Counted from the first letter of the whole stretch, positions 35,616 to 57,288 are shown. The stretch is 57,541 bases of DNA, filler included, from Catajapyx aquilonaris (GCA_000934665.2; 4 parts of 4 records of this genome joined end to end with filler, not necessarily neighbours in it); one strand, 5' to 3'. Made by a program: numbers and translations. The notes: generated by a model not told the origin, from the letters alone.

Positions 35616-36719
35616 GAGATCCTTCTCAAAGGTTCATCCAATATTTTGGTTCTTGATTCCAAATCCAGCCAGTTGGATTGTAATGTATTGTTGGGTTATC
35701 TTCAGTTCTACTTTCAGATTTTATGAGTTGGTAAATAATGAAGTTGGGAAGTTGGGCCTGGTGTTTTTGGCCACTTCTCAAGTCAGCCAGACGATAAAAG
35801 TCCAAAATGCTAATTTTTATGACACTTGATTAATTTGCCCTGCCTGTTAATCTTTAATGCAAGATGTCTGCAATTATGGTTTTTGATTGAGAGGGTATAA
35901 TTATGTGTATGACCATTCTAAGACACTTACAGAGGATTTAAATGGCATTATGGAATATTTATACCATATTATCCTGTGAATATCAGCATGTGGGTATTAG
36001 GCTGATGTGCTGGAATATATTGGGTAGTGCGGACCTCCTTGGAGGTATTTCACGGACCTTTATTTAAACACATGCATACAATGGCCTTGTTCTGCTGCAA
36101 CACCCTGATCCATGGGCTTAGAGGGAGGGGGAGGTTCCCAAGGGAGGGCTCTGTAACTAGTTTCTAGTAATTTTGGACCCTCTTTAATCCTACGACGGTG
36201 ACCTAGGCACATTTTGTGAGAAAATCACATTTTTTGCTATAACTTGGGGAATATAGCACATTTGGACTTCATCTTTGAAACAATCTTGGGTTGATTCCTT
36301 TTGCAATGAATGGCATTTAGTTTATAATAATATCAATTATGCACTGATGCATATTTGGGGCCATAATGCTCGAGTGTCACCTAGGCCAAACGGGTGTCCT
36401 TTCGAAAGCCCAAAACCAGAGATAGCTTCACTGATCACTCACCTTTCCACAGGGGGGACCTGAGTTTATCAGTACGGATAATCTCAGGTCCCCCCTCTAT
36501 AAATCAGGAAGTGATGGAATGCAGTCTTGGCCTCAACTCTATTATTTTTTTCCTGATCGTGCAATTTACTCGAAAAATTTGAACTAAATGTCATCAATCA
36601 CAAAAGGAATCAAACTAAGATCTCCTAAAAGATGAAGCTCATATGTGGTAGATTTTCCATGTTATAGCGAAAATAGTGGCATTGGTCACAAAAAGTGCCC
36701 ACGTCACCAAATATTGGAG

Positions 36720-36892
36720 GGTTAAATACCAGACCCTTTCTCCTGACCCTGGGCAGAGAAGGGAGTGCAAGTCTGCCCGGACACGTCCGGTGAAAAGTGG
36801 AAAAAGACCTGAACAAGCAAAGGTGACGGGATTTGAACCATGGACCTCCCGCTTGGCTGGCCAGTAGCATAGACACTAAACAAGTGCTTCCC
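36720..36892 (-). mobile_element. tRNA-derived SINE fragment (family E; related copy ~14541-14722, +)
   Basis: B box GGTTCAAATCCC; shared body GTCC(G/A)GGCAGA(C/T)TTGCACTCCCTTCTCTG. Confidence 0.6.
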
Positions 36893-37140
36893 AATTTTTC
36901 TCTTTGGCAACCGAAGAATTCGCGACCCTGCCTTCCTATTCAACCCTACTCCCCTTGGTGGTAGTCAGTGACAATAATCGCTATATTAACACATCATCTC
37001 ATTTATGGGCGTATTTTTCCAGATCTAGGTAAAATCATTTTGTTTTACTATCCCCCACAACCCCAAATACGAGGGCGGTTCAGTAAATAACCTTACAAGT
37101 TGATTGACAAATTTGTACTATACCTACTTGTTCATTATGA

Positions 37141-38644
37141 CCACATAACACAAAGACGTACCTAGGACGTCCCAGGGATGTCACATTGGGATGAAGGGAC
37201 GTCCAAGGGAGGTCCAAGACCCGGATGTGAAGGTCCCTGGGACTGTCCAGGGATCACGAACTGGAAAAGTTTCGATGTCCCTGGAATGTCCCTGGGATGG
37301 GCCAAAGGACATCCCCCGGATCACATAGGGACCAGATTGTGAGTTGTGACATCCCGTGTACGTCCTGTGAACTTCCACGGGATGACATGTGCACTGATTT
37401 CGTACGTCACCTGGATGACATGGGGACCGGAATCGGACATGACAAGCACTTCCCGTGGACATCTGCGAGTTGACATGTCCCATGTAGCAAACCTTTGTGG
37501 GCCCCACATTGGACCCACCTGGGTTTGCTTATTGGGGATGGGGAAGTGGCTTTTTCGCTTTTTATTGTTCACTTCTTCGCATGGTTGGTTGGTTGGTTTG
37601 TTTTCAAAGAAGTCTGGAGGCGCCCGGCTTGTATGGCTCTTCTTGATGTTGAGCCGTCGCAGAAAAAGCCGCCTGTCTATACCGCGGATTGTCCTGCTCT
37701 CACCATAAGGGGTCGTCCATATACCACGTGACCGTTTTGGGGGGAGGGGGGCTCTGCTGATATACCACGATTGGTCACGGGGGGGAGGGGGCGAAAATTC
37801 ACGAGGTATCTCTGAACACAGTGAATTGGCACATATGGGAGCTTTTGCAAATGCACATGGGTTCAAAATAACCTAAAATTCGAAAGCAGCGACCCCGAAT
37901 ACATGGGGAGACATGTTTTTTACGTGCTTAAACTGTTTAGTTGAGGAGCTATCAATTTCGATCGCGTTTTTTCTGATAACATTTACATTTTTAAAAAACC
38001 ATGTGAAAAAGGGGGGGAGGGGGGGGGTTCCAATGGATACCACGGTCGGTCACTGGGGGAGAGGGGGGGGGGGTCAAAAAGTGGCCAAAAATCGGTCACG
38101 TGGTATATGGACGACCCCTAAGCTTTGCCATCCAACGAGTCTAGCAAATGAATGTCACAATGAAGTACCTCGGGGGTAAATGAGCCGCATGCAGTGGAGT
38201 TTCCCGCCACCTTTGCACACGTGTAATGGGCAAAATTAATTCGCATTGTTGTGGGATAAATCGGAGAAGACTTGCAACGATACACCGACGGCAGCGCCAT
38301 CTGGACGCGGGAAGCTGCCAATGTGGCGCCGATATAGACGTCCTCTGGAAGTCCCTATCGTCCGGGACGAGAACGGGACTTGCGGGATAGTCCTGGGATA
38401 CCCTGTGTGGGACGTCCGCAGTACGTCCTAGGGATGAAAGACTGTGACGTCCTCTGGACGTCCCTATCGTCCGGGACGAGAACGGGACTTTAGGGATGGT
38501 CCAGAGATACCTCGTGGGGGACATCCCTAGGACGTCACAGTCTTTCATCCCTAGGACGTACTGCGGACGTCCCGATTATCCGGGATGAATCTGGGATTTA
38601 AGGGACGTTCGCAGGTGGTCCCAGGGACATTTGTATTATGTGGG
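37141..38644. mobile_element. EnSpm/CACTA-like non-autonomous element with GGACGTCC subterminal repeats, inserted in a mariner
   Basis: Termini CCACATAAACACAAA / TTTGTATTATGTGGG; many GGGACGTCC and GGGATG repeats. Confidence 0.6.
37709..38118. mobile_element. PIF/Harbinger MITE
   Basis: Perfect 26-bp TIR GGGGTCGTCCATATACCACGTGACCG with 3-bp TAA TSD. Confidence 0.85.
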
Positions 38645-38749
38645 TGTGAACTATTCTTGCTTTAGGTTGTACGCCCATTCGTGTAGTAGGTATGGAGCGT
38701 TTCAGGTCCACCATGTGACACCAGGTAGTCACATGACAGCTATTTGAAG

Positions 38750-39270
38750 ATGGCGGTCTCACTAGAGGTGTGCACCAGAGAAGAGCAGCGGTTTCCTTGC
38801 CAGTGAAGGTGTGAAACCCACAGACATTCACCGTCAGATGAAGGCACAGTATGGTAGTGCCTGCATATCACTACAGCAGGTGTATGAATGGGCGCGGAAG
38901 TTCGCAATAGGCTTGACAAGTGTGCTGGACACCCCACGACCTGGTCGCCCGCACACTGCTGTCACGGACGAGACTGTAGTGGCCGCAGATAAGCTTATTC
39001 GTCAAGACCGACACATCCGTGTGAAAGATGGGAGTGTTGGGTCAGTTGTGGTCATCATACACGAGCACCTGAGATACGCAAAAGTGTCGGCCAGATGGGT
39101 TGCCAGGCAATTGACATATGAATTGAAGGAACTGTGTGTCGATGCGTGTGCAACGCTTCTCAGACATTACGAGGAGGAAGGAGAGGACTTTTTGTGCCGT
39201 ATAGTGACTGGTGATGAATGCTGGGTGCATCACTTCCAGCACTAAACTAAACGTTCCAGCATACCCTAAA
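38750..39270 (+). pseudogene. Mariner (irritans/Hsmar2-like) transposase remnant, N-terminal half
   Basis: MAVSLEVCTREEQR / EGVKPTDIHRQMKAQYG..VYEWARKF..RPGRP..KVSARWVARQLT..IVTGDECWVHHF then stop; deletions and a frameshift; left TIR TACGAGGG at ~37068. Confidence 0.9.
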
Positions 39271-39943
39271 TGTAAACAACAGCGTTGGCGTTACCCGGCA
39301 ACCGAGCTTTTCAGACATCAAGACATGGAAGTCGCTTACTGTTTACAGGTCGCTTACTGTTTACAAATAGTAAGGGATGCTGGGCTACCTAGCGACGGGT
39401 ATTCCTGCTTACAGTAATAGTGCATGGCACTGAGCTAAACAGACTGAGGAGACTATTTGAGAATCTTTTATTTTCATCAGATTCGTCACATACTATGAAG
39501 GAGTCACCGAATGGGCGGGAAAGAGTCCAGTATGCTCTTGACTGACAATTTAATGTAAGGTCCATATTGAACGTCATCCACTCCCAATCACGGTCAGTGT
39601 AACGCTGGGCTATTCAACTGGCGGACCGCGGTCCGGATCCGGACCGCGACGCAATTTTGTCCGCACCGCGACGATATACAGGACAGTTTGAAATAGCATT
39701 AGCTATTACTAATTCATGATTTTTTGGAAAAAGTGCTACCAATTTTATCAAATACACACCCATTCAAATGTCCCACTTTCACCTAAGCTCGTGTGACCTT
39801 CAACCCCAACCCCCCCAAAAAATTCGCCTGCGGCGGGCTTACGGCTTGTTCACCTTGTGCTTATGAAGTGGCCCCCCCCCCCTCCGAAATTTTTCTGCCT
39901 ACGCGCCTGTACAGGCCGTCATAAAAGGGTGAAAATGTCCTAA

Positions 39944-40440
39944 CCCTTTCATTCCCGAATTTTTTGGGCCGGTTCTTCTCTTTTAGAAAAAAAAAGTGTA
40001 GTAGGAGTGATATAATGAAAAACAATATGCATCAATATTTATCATTTTTACTCGTGGTGGTCCTTTGGAATGTAAAAATGCCGAAAACATTCTCCTACAG
40101 GGTGTTCCAGATTTTTTTTAAATGTAATTAAATTAATCTAAAATTTTAAAATCACTATAAAATTGTTACTATGGTTACATAATAATACTAAAACACCGTA
40201 CTATGAGAAATTCCTAAGAGTCCAGACTTATGGGACACCCTGTAATTACGCCTCCGGGTGGGGGGTTGTTTACCTTTCAAGGGCGCGAGCTAAATATAAC
40301 AATCCGACTGAGTCACCATCCACTTGATGACCATCCACTTGATGGCAAAAGAAGTTTGACCCGCAATCGTTGCCTTCTGCATGCGAACGCTTTGCCGCCA
40401 GATTAATTGTTGCCATATGGCTACGGTGGGAATGAAAGGG
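39944..40440. mobile_element. piggyBac-like MITE
   Basis: (C)TAA|CCCTTTCATTCCC...GGGAATGAAAGGG|TTAA. Confidence 0.65.
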
Positions 40441-40533
40441 TTAATATGCCCTGACTTGATACACCCTTCTACCCTTGCTGCACATGTTTCTATTTTCAAA
40501 AATGAACCCTGTGGTACCATATGAAAATATAAT

Positions 40534-42857
40534 ATCAAGTTAAATCAAGTCAAGTCAACCTTTATTCACACCTGGGAGGAAAAACCCTCCATATGGCGCG
40601 GATTCCCAGAGCAATAGACAATATACTAACTGGTTACAATACGATGTTACAAAAATACAATTTAGAGGAGACCTCGGAGAAAAACATAAATAGCTGGTAG
40701 ATCTTACACTTAGGCACTTCCCAAAACAACATATATACCGAATATGGAGGAAAGGATGGGAAATTACACACATATTTGCGTCTCATGGCGGAAAAAAATG
40801 AACAGCTGTACAGGAGGTGGTGGAGCGAGAAAGATTCTTCTAATAATAAGTTCTTCTAAATAAGTTACAGAGCGTACAAAAGTCTTCTTCAGAAAATTTT
40901 ATCTTATAGCCGTTCACATATATTGAGCTAGAACCATTACGCAGATTTATTAGTAGTCTCTGCATCTTTAGTGGGAGATTATAATTGAAATAGGATTGTC
41001 TGATAAACGTCGGGTCTAACATGCTATAGTGACAGTATCGTGTGGTAAGTTGCAGACTGTCCATATCTTGCTGAATTGAGTGATCTGTCAAAGTACGCAC
41101 AAATGCGTCTATTGAAAAATCATACAGGGTGTTCCAAAAAGGTGTTCCCAGTAAAGAACCAATGCAGTTCCAGAAGTATTCCATATATTTTATTCGAATG
41201 CCGGGAAGGTAGCACATATGATCAAGTTTTTGTACAAAAATTCACACCTCCACATGTCCACCCTGGCGCCGAAGACACAGCTTAAACCGTTCTTCAGCCG
41301 TTCGCCAGGTGTATAGCTTGTACGGGTACATCTTCAGCATTTTCCGTACGATCGAACTCAGTGGGATATCCATCTCCAGGGATCCCCGACGCAAGGACTT
41401 CTGCGGACTCTTCAACATGGCTTCCCTCCCTGTTCAACACGATAAGTTGCAGGTGGACATCCAGAGCTCTTTCCGTGGACGATGCAGCCTGTCGCTTCGA
41501 AACTCCGTAACCACTTAAGGATGGACTTGTTGGAGGGTGGGTCTTTGCCATAGAGTCGCCGGAACTCTCTTCGCACTCTAGTCACACTTTTCAGTTCAGT
41601 GAACAAGAGTACACACTTTGCTTTTACTGAAGATGTACCCGTACAAGCTATACACCTGGCGAACGGCTAAAGAACGGTTTAAGCTGTGTCGGCGCCAGGG
41701 TGGACATGTGGTGGTGTGAATATTTGTACAAAAACTTGATCATATGTGCTACCTTCCCGGAAAATTTGAATAAAATATATGGAATACTTCTGGAACTGCA
41801 TTGGTTCTTTACTGGGAACACCTTTTTGGAACACCCTGTATTTACCCTGTCTTAAAGTGACCAAGGAAGAACCTCCACTATTACAGAGAGCCTCAAGGTT
41901 ACTTTGCCATTTACCCCACCGAGCTTTTGGTAAGGCCAGAAGATAATCCAAACAAGATTTAGCATAATTAGACTCGTCAGCCATCCTTAATTTCAAAAAA
42001 TATCTGAGTGTATAGCCTTCAAGATTTTTATGCTGAGGTGGCGCCTGCCCGTTGCAAGTCTTACAAAATAACCCGCTGCATTAGACGGGAGATTCAGAAA
42101 TCTCTTTAGGAAGGACAATTGAGTTTGTTCAACTTGTGCCAAATGTGCCAGAGCCCAGACATTTGCATTATATAGTGTGGCAGGCGCCACCTGTGCGTCA
42201 TATAAGCGAAGAGCGGTGGATATGTTTCTGTTCTTCATTCGCATCAGCATGGCTATAACTGTATTCGACATGGTTTTACCTTTCGCACAGAAATAGGCAG
42301 ACGTCGTTTTATATTTGGTGAATGAGGAGAAAAACACGCCCAGGTATTTATAATATTTTACAATTTCATTTTTTTCCTTCTCCCAATAAAATTGACATTT
42401 TTTTGTCAACTTGCCACCTTTCCTAAAAACCATTGCCTTTGTCTGACCCAGGTTGATTTGCAGTTTGTTAATCTTGAGATACTCTACAAGCGCATCTATT
42501 TGTCTTTGTAAGATCAGCAGGGCGTCAGCCAATAAAACCAGATCACCCGCGTAAGCAAGAAAATGTATATCTTTCGTATTCGGGCCCATATTAACCCCCG
42601 GTATAGTATTTAACTTTGTGAGCTCGTCTTCCAAATCGGCAATAAATATATTAAATAGCACTGGGCTAAGGCATTCTCCTTGAAGGACTCCTTTCCGAAT
42701 TGGAATTTTGACATTCCGTATCTCAGAAACCACAGTTGCATCCGAGTAAATTTAGTATAGTATCCTTAGAAATTTCGAGTTTGCAAGACCCAGCCCGCCC
42801 AGTTTATTAAAGAGTAGTTTATGATCTACTGAATCAAAAGCCTTATAGATAAATATA
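40534..42857 (-). mobile_element. Degenerate non-LTR retrotransposon (CR1/L2-group LINE): reverse transcriptase and 3' end
   Basis: ORF 41993-42733 has GVLQGECLSPVLFNIFI, YAGD (decayed YADD) and YKYLG; frameshifted continuation at 41679-41996 and 40840-41123; 3' AATAAA plus (CTTGA)n tail at ~40534-40567. Confidence 0.9.
41125..41838. mobile_element. Tc1-like derivative with ~213-bp inverted arms, inserted at TA in the LINE
   Basis: TA|CAGGGTGTTCC...GGAACACCCTG|TA; the centre encodes a Tc1-type HTH fragment (KCVLLFTELKSVTRVRREFRRLYGKDPPSNKSILKW) on the minus strand. Confidence 0.88.
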
Positions 42858-43145
42858 TACAGGGTGTTTATTGTAACTCTGCAAAGACTTTCAGGGGTAA
42901 TAGAGGGGACCAAGACAAGTATTTTTGACATAGGAACCCGTGTCCGGAAACGCCATCTAGAGGGGGTTCATAGACAAGGAACAGGTGTGCTCAGACGCGT
43001 CAGGCGCGTCAGGCGCTAGGCGAGCGGACTGTTTTGTTGATAGATGGTGCTCGGATAGTAACCAACGATGCGATGTGCCATAACCTGGCAACAGCAGAGC
43101 CATCTAGCAACTTAAGTCCGCCTCCTAGGAGATGCGCGGATAGTC

Positions 43146-43245
43146 NNNNNNNNNNNNNNNNNNNNNNNNNNNNNNNNNNNNNNNNNNNNTTAATTAATTA
43201 ANNNNNNNNNNNNNNNNNNNNNNNNNNNNNNNNNNNNNNNNNNNN
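43146..43245. other. Artificial contig-joining linker
   Basis: Same 44N-TTAATTAATTAA-44N structure. Confidence 0.97.
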
Positions 43246-44109
43246 GAAAATATAACAAAGTAATCCCACGAACTCTTTATTTTAGACAAATTTTCGTCTT
43301 AACTGCATTTATATGTGAGTGATTTGACAAGCGAAGAGGAGCAAAGTCTCTGCTGAGCGAAGTAACCAATATTGTGTGAGGTGAAAGTAACAATCGATTT
43401 TCCCCTCAAACAATACTGGTTACTTGGGTTACTCGGCGATGTTACCACTCGGCAAAGACTTTGCTCGTCAAATCGCTCACATGTAAATGCAGCTGGATAT
43501 ATCATATACCTAAAAGGCTTACTCTCTCCTTCCGAAGTTTGTCCGTCAACACTCATTGCCTAGGTATAGTAACCATAGGACTGGCACGTAGGTCACCTCA
43601 GTAAATACGAGTAATATCCGCGGACTGACTTTGTGACAAGTTCATGCTGTCACAAAGTCACCCCACAAAAGTACGAAATTCTTCAAACACCCTGATATCT
43701 TCTACCTGTAAATCAGGTTCAATCTTGCATTATGTTATATATTATTTCTTAGCCAATGAATTTGTCTTCAAAATAGGTTACATATTTTACTCTCATCGCA
43801 ATTACGCCGGTTACTGTTTGGGAAAGTAGTTGGTTGAAGTGCCAACACTCCTCGCAGTTTGCAAACTTGGAATGTGACTGCCAACAATGCATGAGATGTA
43901 GGAACTTTCCAAGCTACCCACTACATATGTAGCCAACTACTGGTGCTGGTTTCAGTCAAAAAGTCAAAATAATAGTGGTGCAAGAACTGAAAACCTGATT
44001 TGTCACAAAGTTACCCCCTCTCACGATATATCTAGAAATGAAACAGTGAATTCAAAAGTGGCCTAACTCCAACTGTAACTTTTTTTGGTAATTAAAAAAT
44101 TACTTACAT

Positions 44110-44460
44110 AATAATAATAATAATAATAATAATAATTGTTGGGTTAGTGCTCACCCAGAGGGTATTTGCACGGACCTTTATTTCAATCGAAGTATACATG
44201 CTGGTGCCATATTCGAAGCGCCCGGGCCCACGGGCAGGATGACAGGAGGGGATGTGCAAAGTGCAGTGCAATGTCTTTATGTGGCCATTTTTAGTGAACT
44301 CCCCCGGGTGGTTTAGTCTGTGGATATACCACCCGAGACGAAGCCAGAGGTGACCCTTGAACTCTGCACGAGATGAAGGGGGTGTCCCCGGGTTGGGATC
44401 GAACCCGGGACCTTAACATCCGTGGGCGCGCACGTTACCGCGGCGCCACTCCGTCTCCCC
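44110..44460 (-). mobile_element. tRNA-derived SINE (family C)
   Basis: Highly similar to 20806-21150; (TTA)n tail on the minus strand. Confidence 0.85.
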
Positions 44461-45232
44461 GATAAAAAAAATAAATAAATAAAAAATAAAAAACATTAAA
44501 AAAAAACTTTAAAAAAATAAAAATAAAAAAATTACTCACATTCGTTTTGAAAAATATTTTTTGTGCTAGTTAATTTTATTTTTTGTTTCCATATGCTGTT
44601 GCAGGTGTTATAAAATATTGTTTTATTTTTATTTCTGTATAATTTACTATGATTTTTCAGTCAATGGAGTTACACCATATTTTGGAATCAACTATTATTT
44701 CAATTAAAGCAATATTTGTTTCAAAGACAATTTTGTTTTCCAATACAGTATATCCAAATGAAAGCTTTATAAGAAAAATGTCCTTTTATTCCTATTTTAT
44801 ATCTTCATGAAGTTTTTGTTTCCTCATTAACCAGATATTGACATTTTCTTACATCATGGCTCATTTTTTTTTTTTGTTTTAGGCATTTGTATAATTTCCC
44901 AGAATCCCCTTGTATCATCATAAAGTACATAGACGCTTTAAATTCATATTGTAACTTTTAGAAAATAAATATTTGTATTCGAGAGCCAGAAGATTTTCTT
45001 CATTTTTTCAAGGACTTTTTCATGTGGCTTTGAAAGTCTTTTATGTCTCCTCTTGAGACTTCCACAACGCCAAATTTTCCCATTATAATGAGATCTATTC
45101 TGAGGGAAGTTCTATTTGTTGTTTTTCTCTTAATCTTCTCAATTATAGCAAAATCGCGATGACCTCTTATAAAACACAACCCTGTCACCATTTTGAAATG
45201 ACCAGTATTTGTGAAGATACTGCATCATAGCT

Positions 45233-45496
45233 AAAGGGCGACACGGTGGCGGAGTGGTTAGCGCCACAGCCTTCTACCTCTAAGGTCCCGAGTTCGATCC
45301 CCGGGTCGCGCAGAGGATACTTATGTGGATAGAGTTTCGATGGGTTCTCTCCGTGTTCGCGTGGGTTTTCTCGGGGTTCTCCCGTTTCCTCCCGCAATCA
45401 AAATCCATCACACACAGGCAATGATTAAAGTCGGTTCACGAAAAGAAGATCCCCTAAGAGGCCCAAGGCCTATCACGGGGTATCCATTATTATTAT
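45233..45496 (+). mobile_element. tRNA-derived SINE with V-domain-like core (family D)
   Basis: A box TGGCGGAGTGG, B box GAGTTCGATCCC, core GTTCTCTCCGTGTTCGCGTGGGTTTTCTCGGGGTTCTCCCGTTTCCTCCC, (TTA)n tail, 15-bp TSD TACTGCATCATAGCT. Confidence 0.88.
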
Positions 45497-45731
45497 TACT
45501 GCATCATAGCTCTTGGCTGCTAGTGAGCTTGCCATCACTCTCTCCCTCCAGTCTTTTCCAATTTGACACTCAAGGCTCAATAATACAAACTACATTTTAT
45601 TTACCACATATCCGGTAAGGTCTGTGATTGGTCATGGGAATGTTCTGGTCAGTGTGCACAATGTATAACAAATCTGACCTCACCCCCTCAAGCCACACCC
45701 CTACAAAAGCCACCAAAAAAATATATATATA

Positions 45732-45836
45732 TATTATTGCATAGATGGGAAGGAGTCTAAAACACAAGTCAACGGGATGAACCCCCTTCATCCCGTTGAC
45801 TTGTGTTTAGGACTCCTTCCCATCTATGCAATAATA
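45732..45836. repeat. Near-perfect hairpin, 50-bp arms, 5-nt loop
   Basis: TATTATTGCATAGATGGGAAGGAGTC...GGGATGAA CCCCC TTCATCCC...CTATGCAATAATA. Confidence 0.85.
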
Positions 45837-46639
45837 AATTTTTTTTTGTAGGGGAAGATACCGATCACAGCTACCAGATCGCACCTACTCTACTCCATAA
45901 TGTGAATCTAGATTTGTGCCGACTGCCCCTTCAGACCTTGTCTGGCATTCTCCCCAGTCCTGTGGGGCGCTCACCTAGACCAAGAGATAGACTTTGCCTC
46001 AAGACAAACTGCCAGGGTTGATTAATGATTATAAGTCTGGTTGAGTCGCGGAAATGTTACTCTGCAAGAACCTCACTTTTCCTGTGATTAGGTCCAGTCA
46101 CAGTTTACTTAACATCTTGGTGTGTGGCAAAATTATTACTAACCAACACAGACACTTCAATTGGAACCCACTGTATATTTGCAACCATGTCTAGTTGACT
46201 AGCTTCCTTTTATTTGATTCACCCTCACCCTGGAAGGGATCTTATCCTTAAAAGAAAGCATATAATTATGATTAATTTTTATTCCAGTCACACATGTATC
46301 AATTGAAGGCATGATAGGTGAAAAATTATAAAATGATTCCATAAAAAGGAAAAACCATGTTCTTTGCAGCATGGCAGTATGATGTCCCAGTAAGGTCCAA
46401 TGCATCACAGCCTGTAACCTTGAAGACATCATCAGCCACACCATGGCAACGCAATAAGTGAAGTTCCACATCACTAGTACGACAGTATGACCACGCATAC
46501 ATCAAACAAATCTAATCTCTTGGAGTAAAAACCTTCCAGGACTCCAACAATTACTTGTGCAAGAAACAATCCATTCCTAAGCTGTTACCCAGGATCTCAC
46601 AAACTTTGTCAAACATCATACTGTAACATTGGAAAGACT

Positions 46640-55862
<9,223 letters not shown>

Positions 55863-56234
55863 CTGGAAAATAATTTCAATGATAAGTTGTCATGCATTTT
55901 TTTCCTACAATGAAGTGAGAATTTGAGGAGCTAATGCTCTATTTGCTAATTTGAAAATGAATCCTTTCCATTAATCCTATCAATGTACTTTAATTCAGTC
56001 ACTTGTGTTCACTCAGATGGCGAGCAGGTTCTCATTTGAATATGAGTAACCATTCAGATCTAGACTGTCACACAAGGTAGTCCAGTAAGGAAGAAACACT
56101 GCTTACTGTTATTCTCTTTACCATAAGTGGGGGTGGACTTTGGAACAGTTTTTGAGGGTTTTCGTATCTGCAGAAACAGTTTAATGTTTTTCCATTAATG
56201 TTTTATTGATTTTAGTACCCTCATCCTTCCTCTA

Positions 56235-56920
56235 CGAGGGTTGTTCAATAAATTTTGCCTCCCGGTCTGTAACTTATTTATTGATGGATGACCATGAAAG
56301 ATGTCACATTCAAAATAAAGTTTGAAATGCCCACTTTCCGAGGAGCAATTCATTTTTCAACATAGTCCCCACCGACGGCGATGCACTTCCACCATCAACG
56401 CACTAGTTTTTGCATGCCGTCAGAGAAGAATGAGGCTGGCTGTTTACAACACCAACAATGCACTGCATTGGCGACATCTTCGTCGGATGCACAACGCTTG
56501 CCCTTCAGATGTTCCTTCATCTTCGGGAATAGCCAGAAGTCACAGGGGGCTAGGTCTGGACTGTAGGGTGGGTGAGGCAAACCATCGCGGAACTGTGAGC
56601 CCCTGGAAGCCCCCTGTGACTTCTGGCTATTCCCGAAGATGAAGGAACATCTGAAGGGCAAGCGTTTTGCGCCTGACGAAGATGTCGCCAATGCAGTGCG
56701 TTGTTGGTGTCGTAAACAGCCAGCCTCATTCTTCTCTGACGGCATGCAAAAACTAGTGCGTCGATGGCGGAAGTGCATCACCGTCGGTGGGGACTATGTC
56801 GAAAAATTAATTGCTCCTCAGAAAGTGGGCATTTCAAACTTTATTTTGAATGTGACATCTTTCATGGTCATCCATCAATAAATAACAGACTAGGTGGCAA
56901 AATTTATTGAACAACCCTCG
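56235..56920. mobile_element. Mariner-derived foldback made of two head-to-head 3' ends
   Basis: TA|CGAGGGTTGTTCAATAAATTTTGCC TIRs; both ~315-bp arms encode the transposase C-terminus (PCDFWLFPKMKEHLKGKR...DGMQKLVR); YSPDLAPCD is intact on the minus strand. Confidence 0.92.
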
Positions 56921-57059
56921 TACATATCCATGTGCAAATCATCTTGATAAGTTTATCCGTTACAAAAATATTCACATTTACATTTGTGACTGTACATTTA
57001 AAACGAATATTTAAGGTGGACGGCCCGGCATTGCCTCTCGTCCTAATACATTTGTGACT

Positions 57060-57288
57060 TTATAATTGATATTAAGGAGGTTGGCCCAGCATTGCCTTTC
57101 AACCTCAAAGGATAGGGAAGGAAGGAAGCGGCTGTGGCCTATTATACGGAAGCGACCCTGGAATTATCCTAGAAAGACCGTGGAAAACCACAGAAAACCA
57201 CGGTCAGAGTTGCCGGCCCCGGGATTCGAACCCAGGACCTCCCGATTAGCAGTCGGACGCTCTATCCACTATGCCAACCTGCTTCGGT
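57060..57288 (-). mobile_element. tRNA-derived SINE (family A)
   Basis: Same head and body, B box GGTTCGAATCCC, TSD TAATACATTTGTGACT. Confidence 0.88.

Noticed and set aside
37141..38644. GGACGTCC-rich repeats resembling a CRISPR array
   Set aside because: Irregular spacing, mixed orientation and eukaryotic context; these are transposon subterminal repeats.
45236..45312. Functional tRNA genes at SINE heads (also 3218, 27515 and others)
   Set aside because: No complete cloverleaf; each continues into a SINE body and tail with TSDs.
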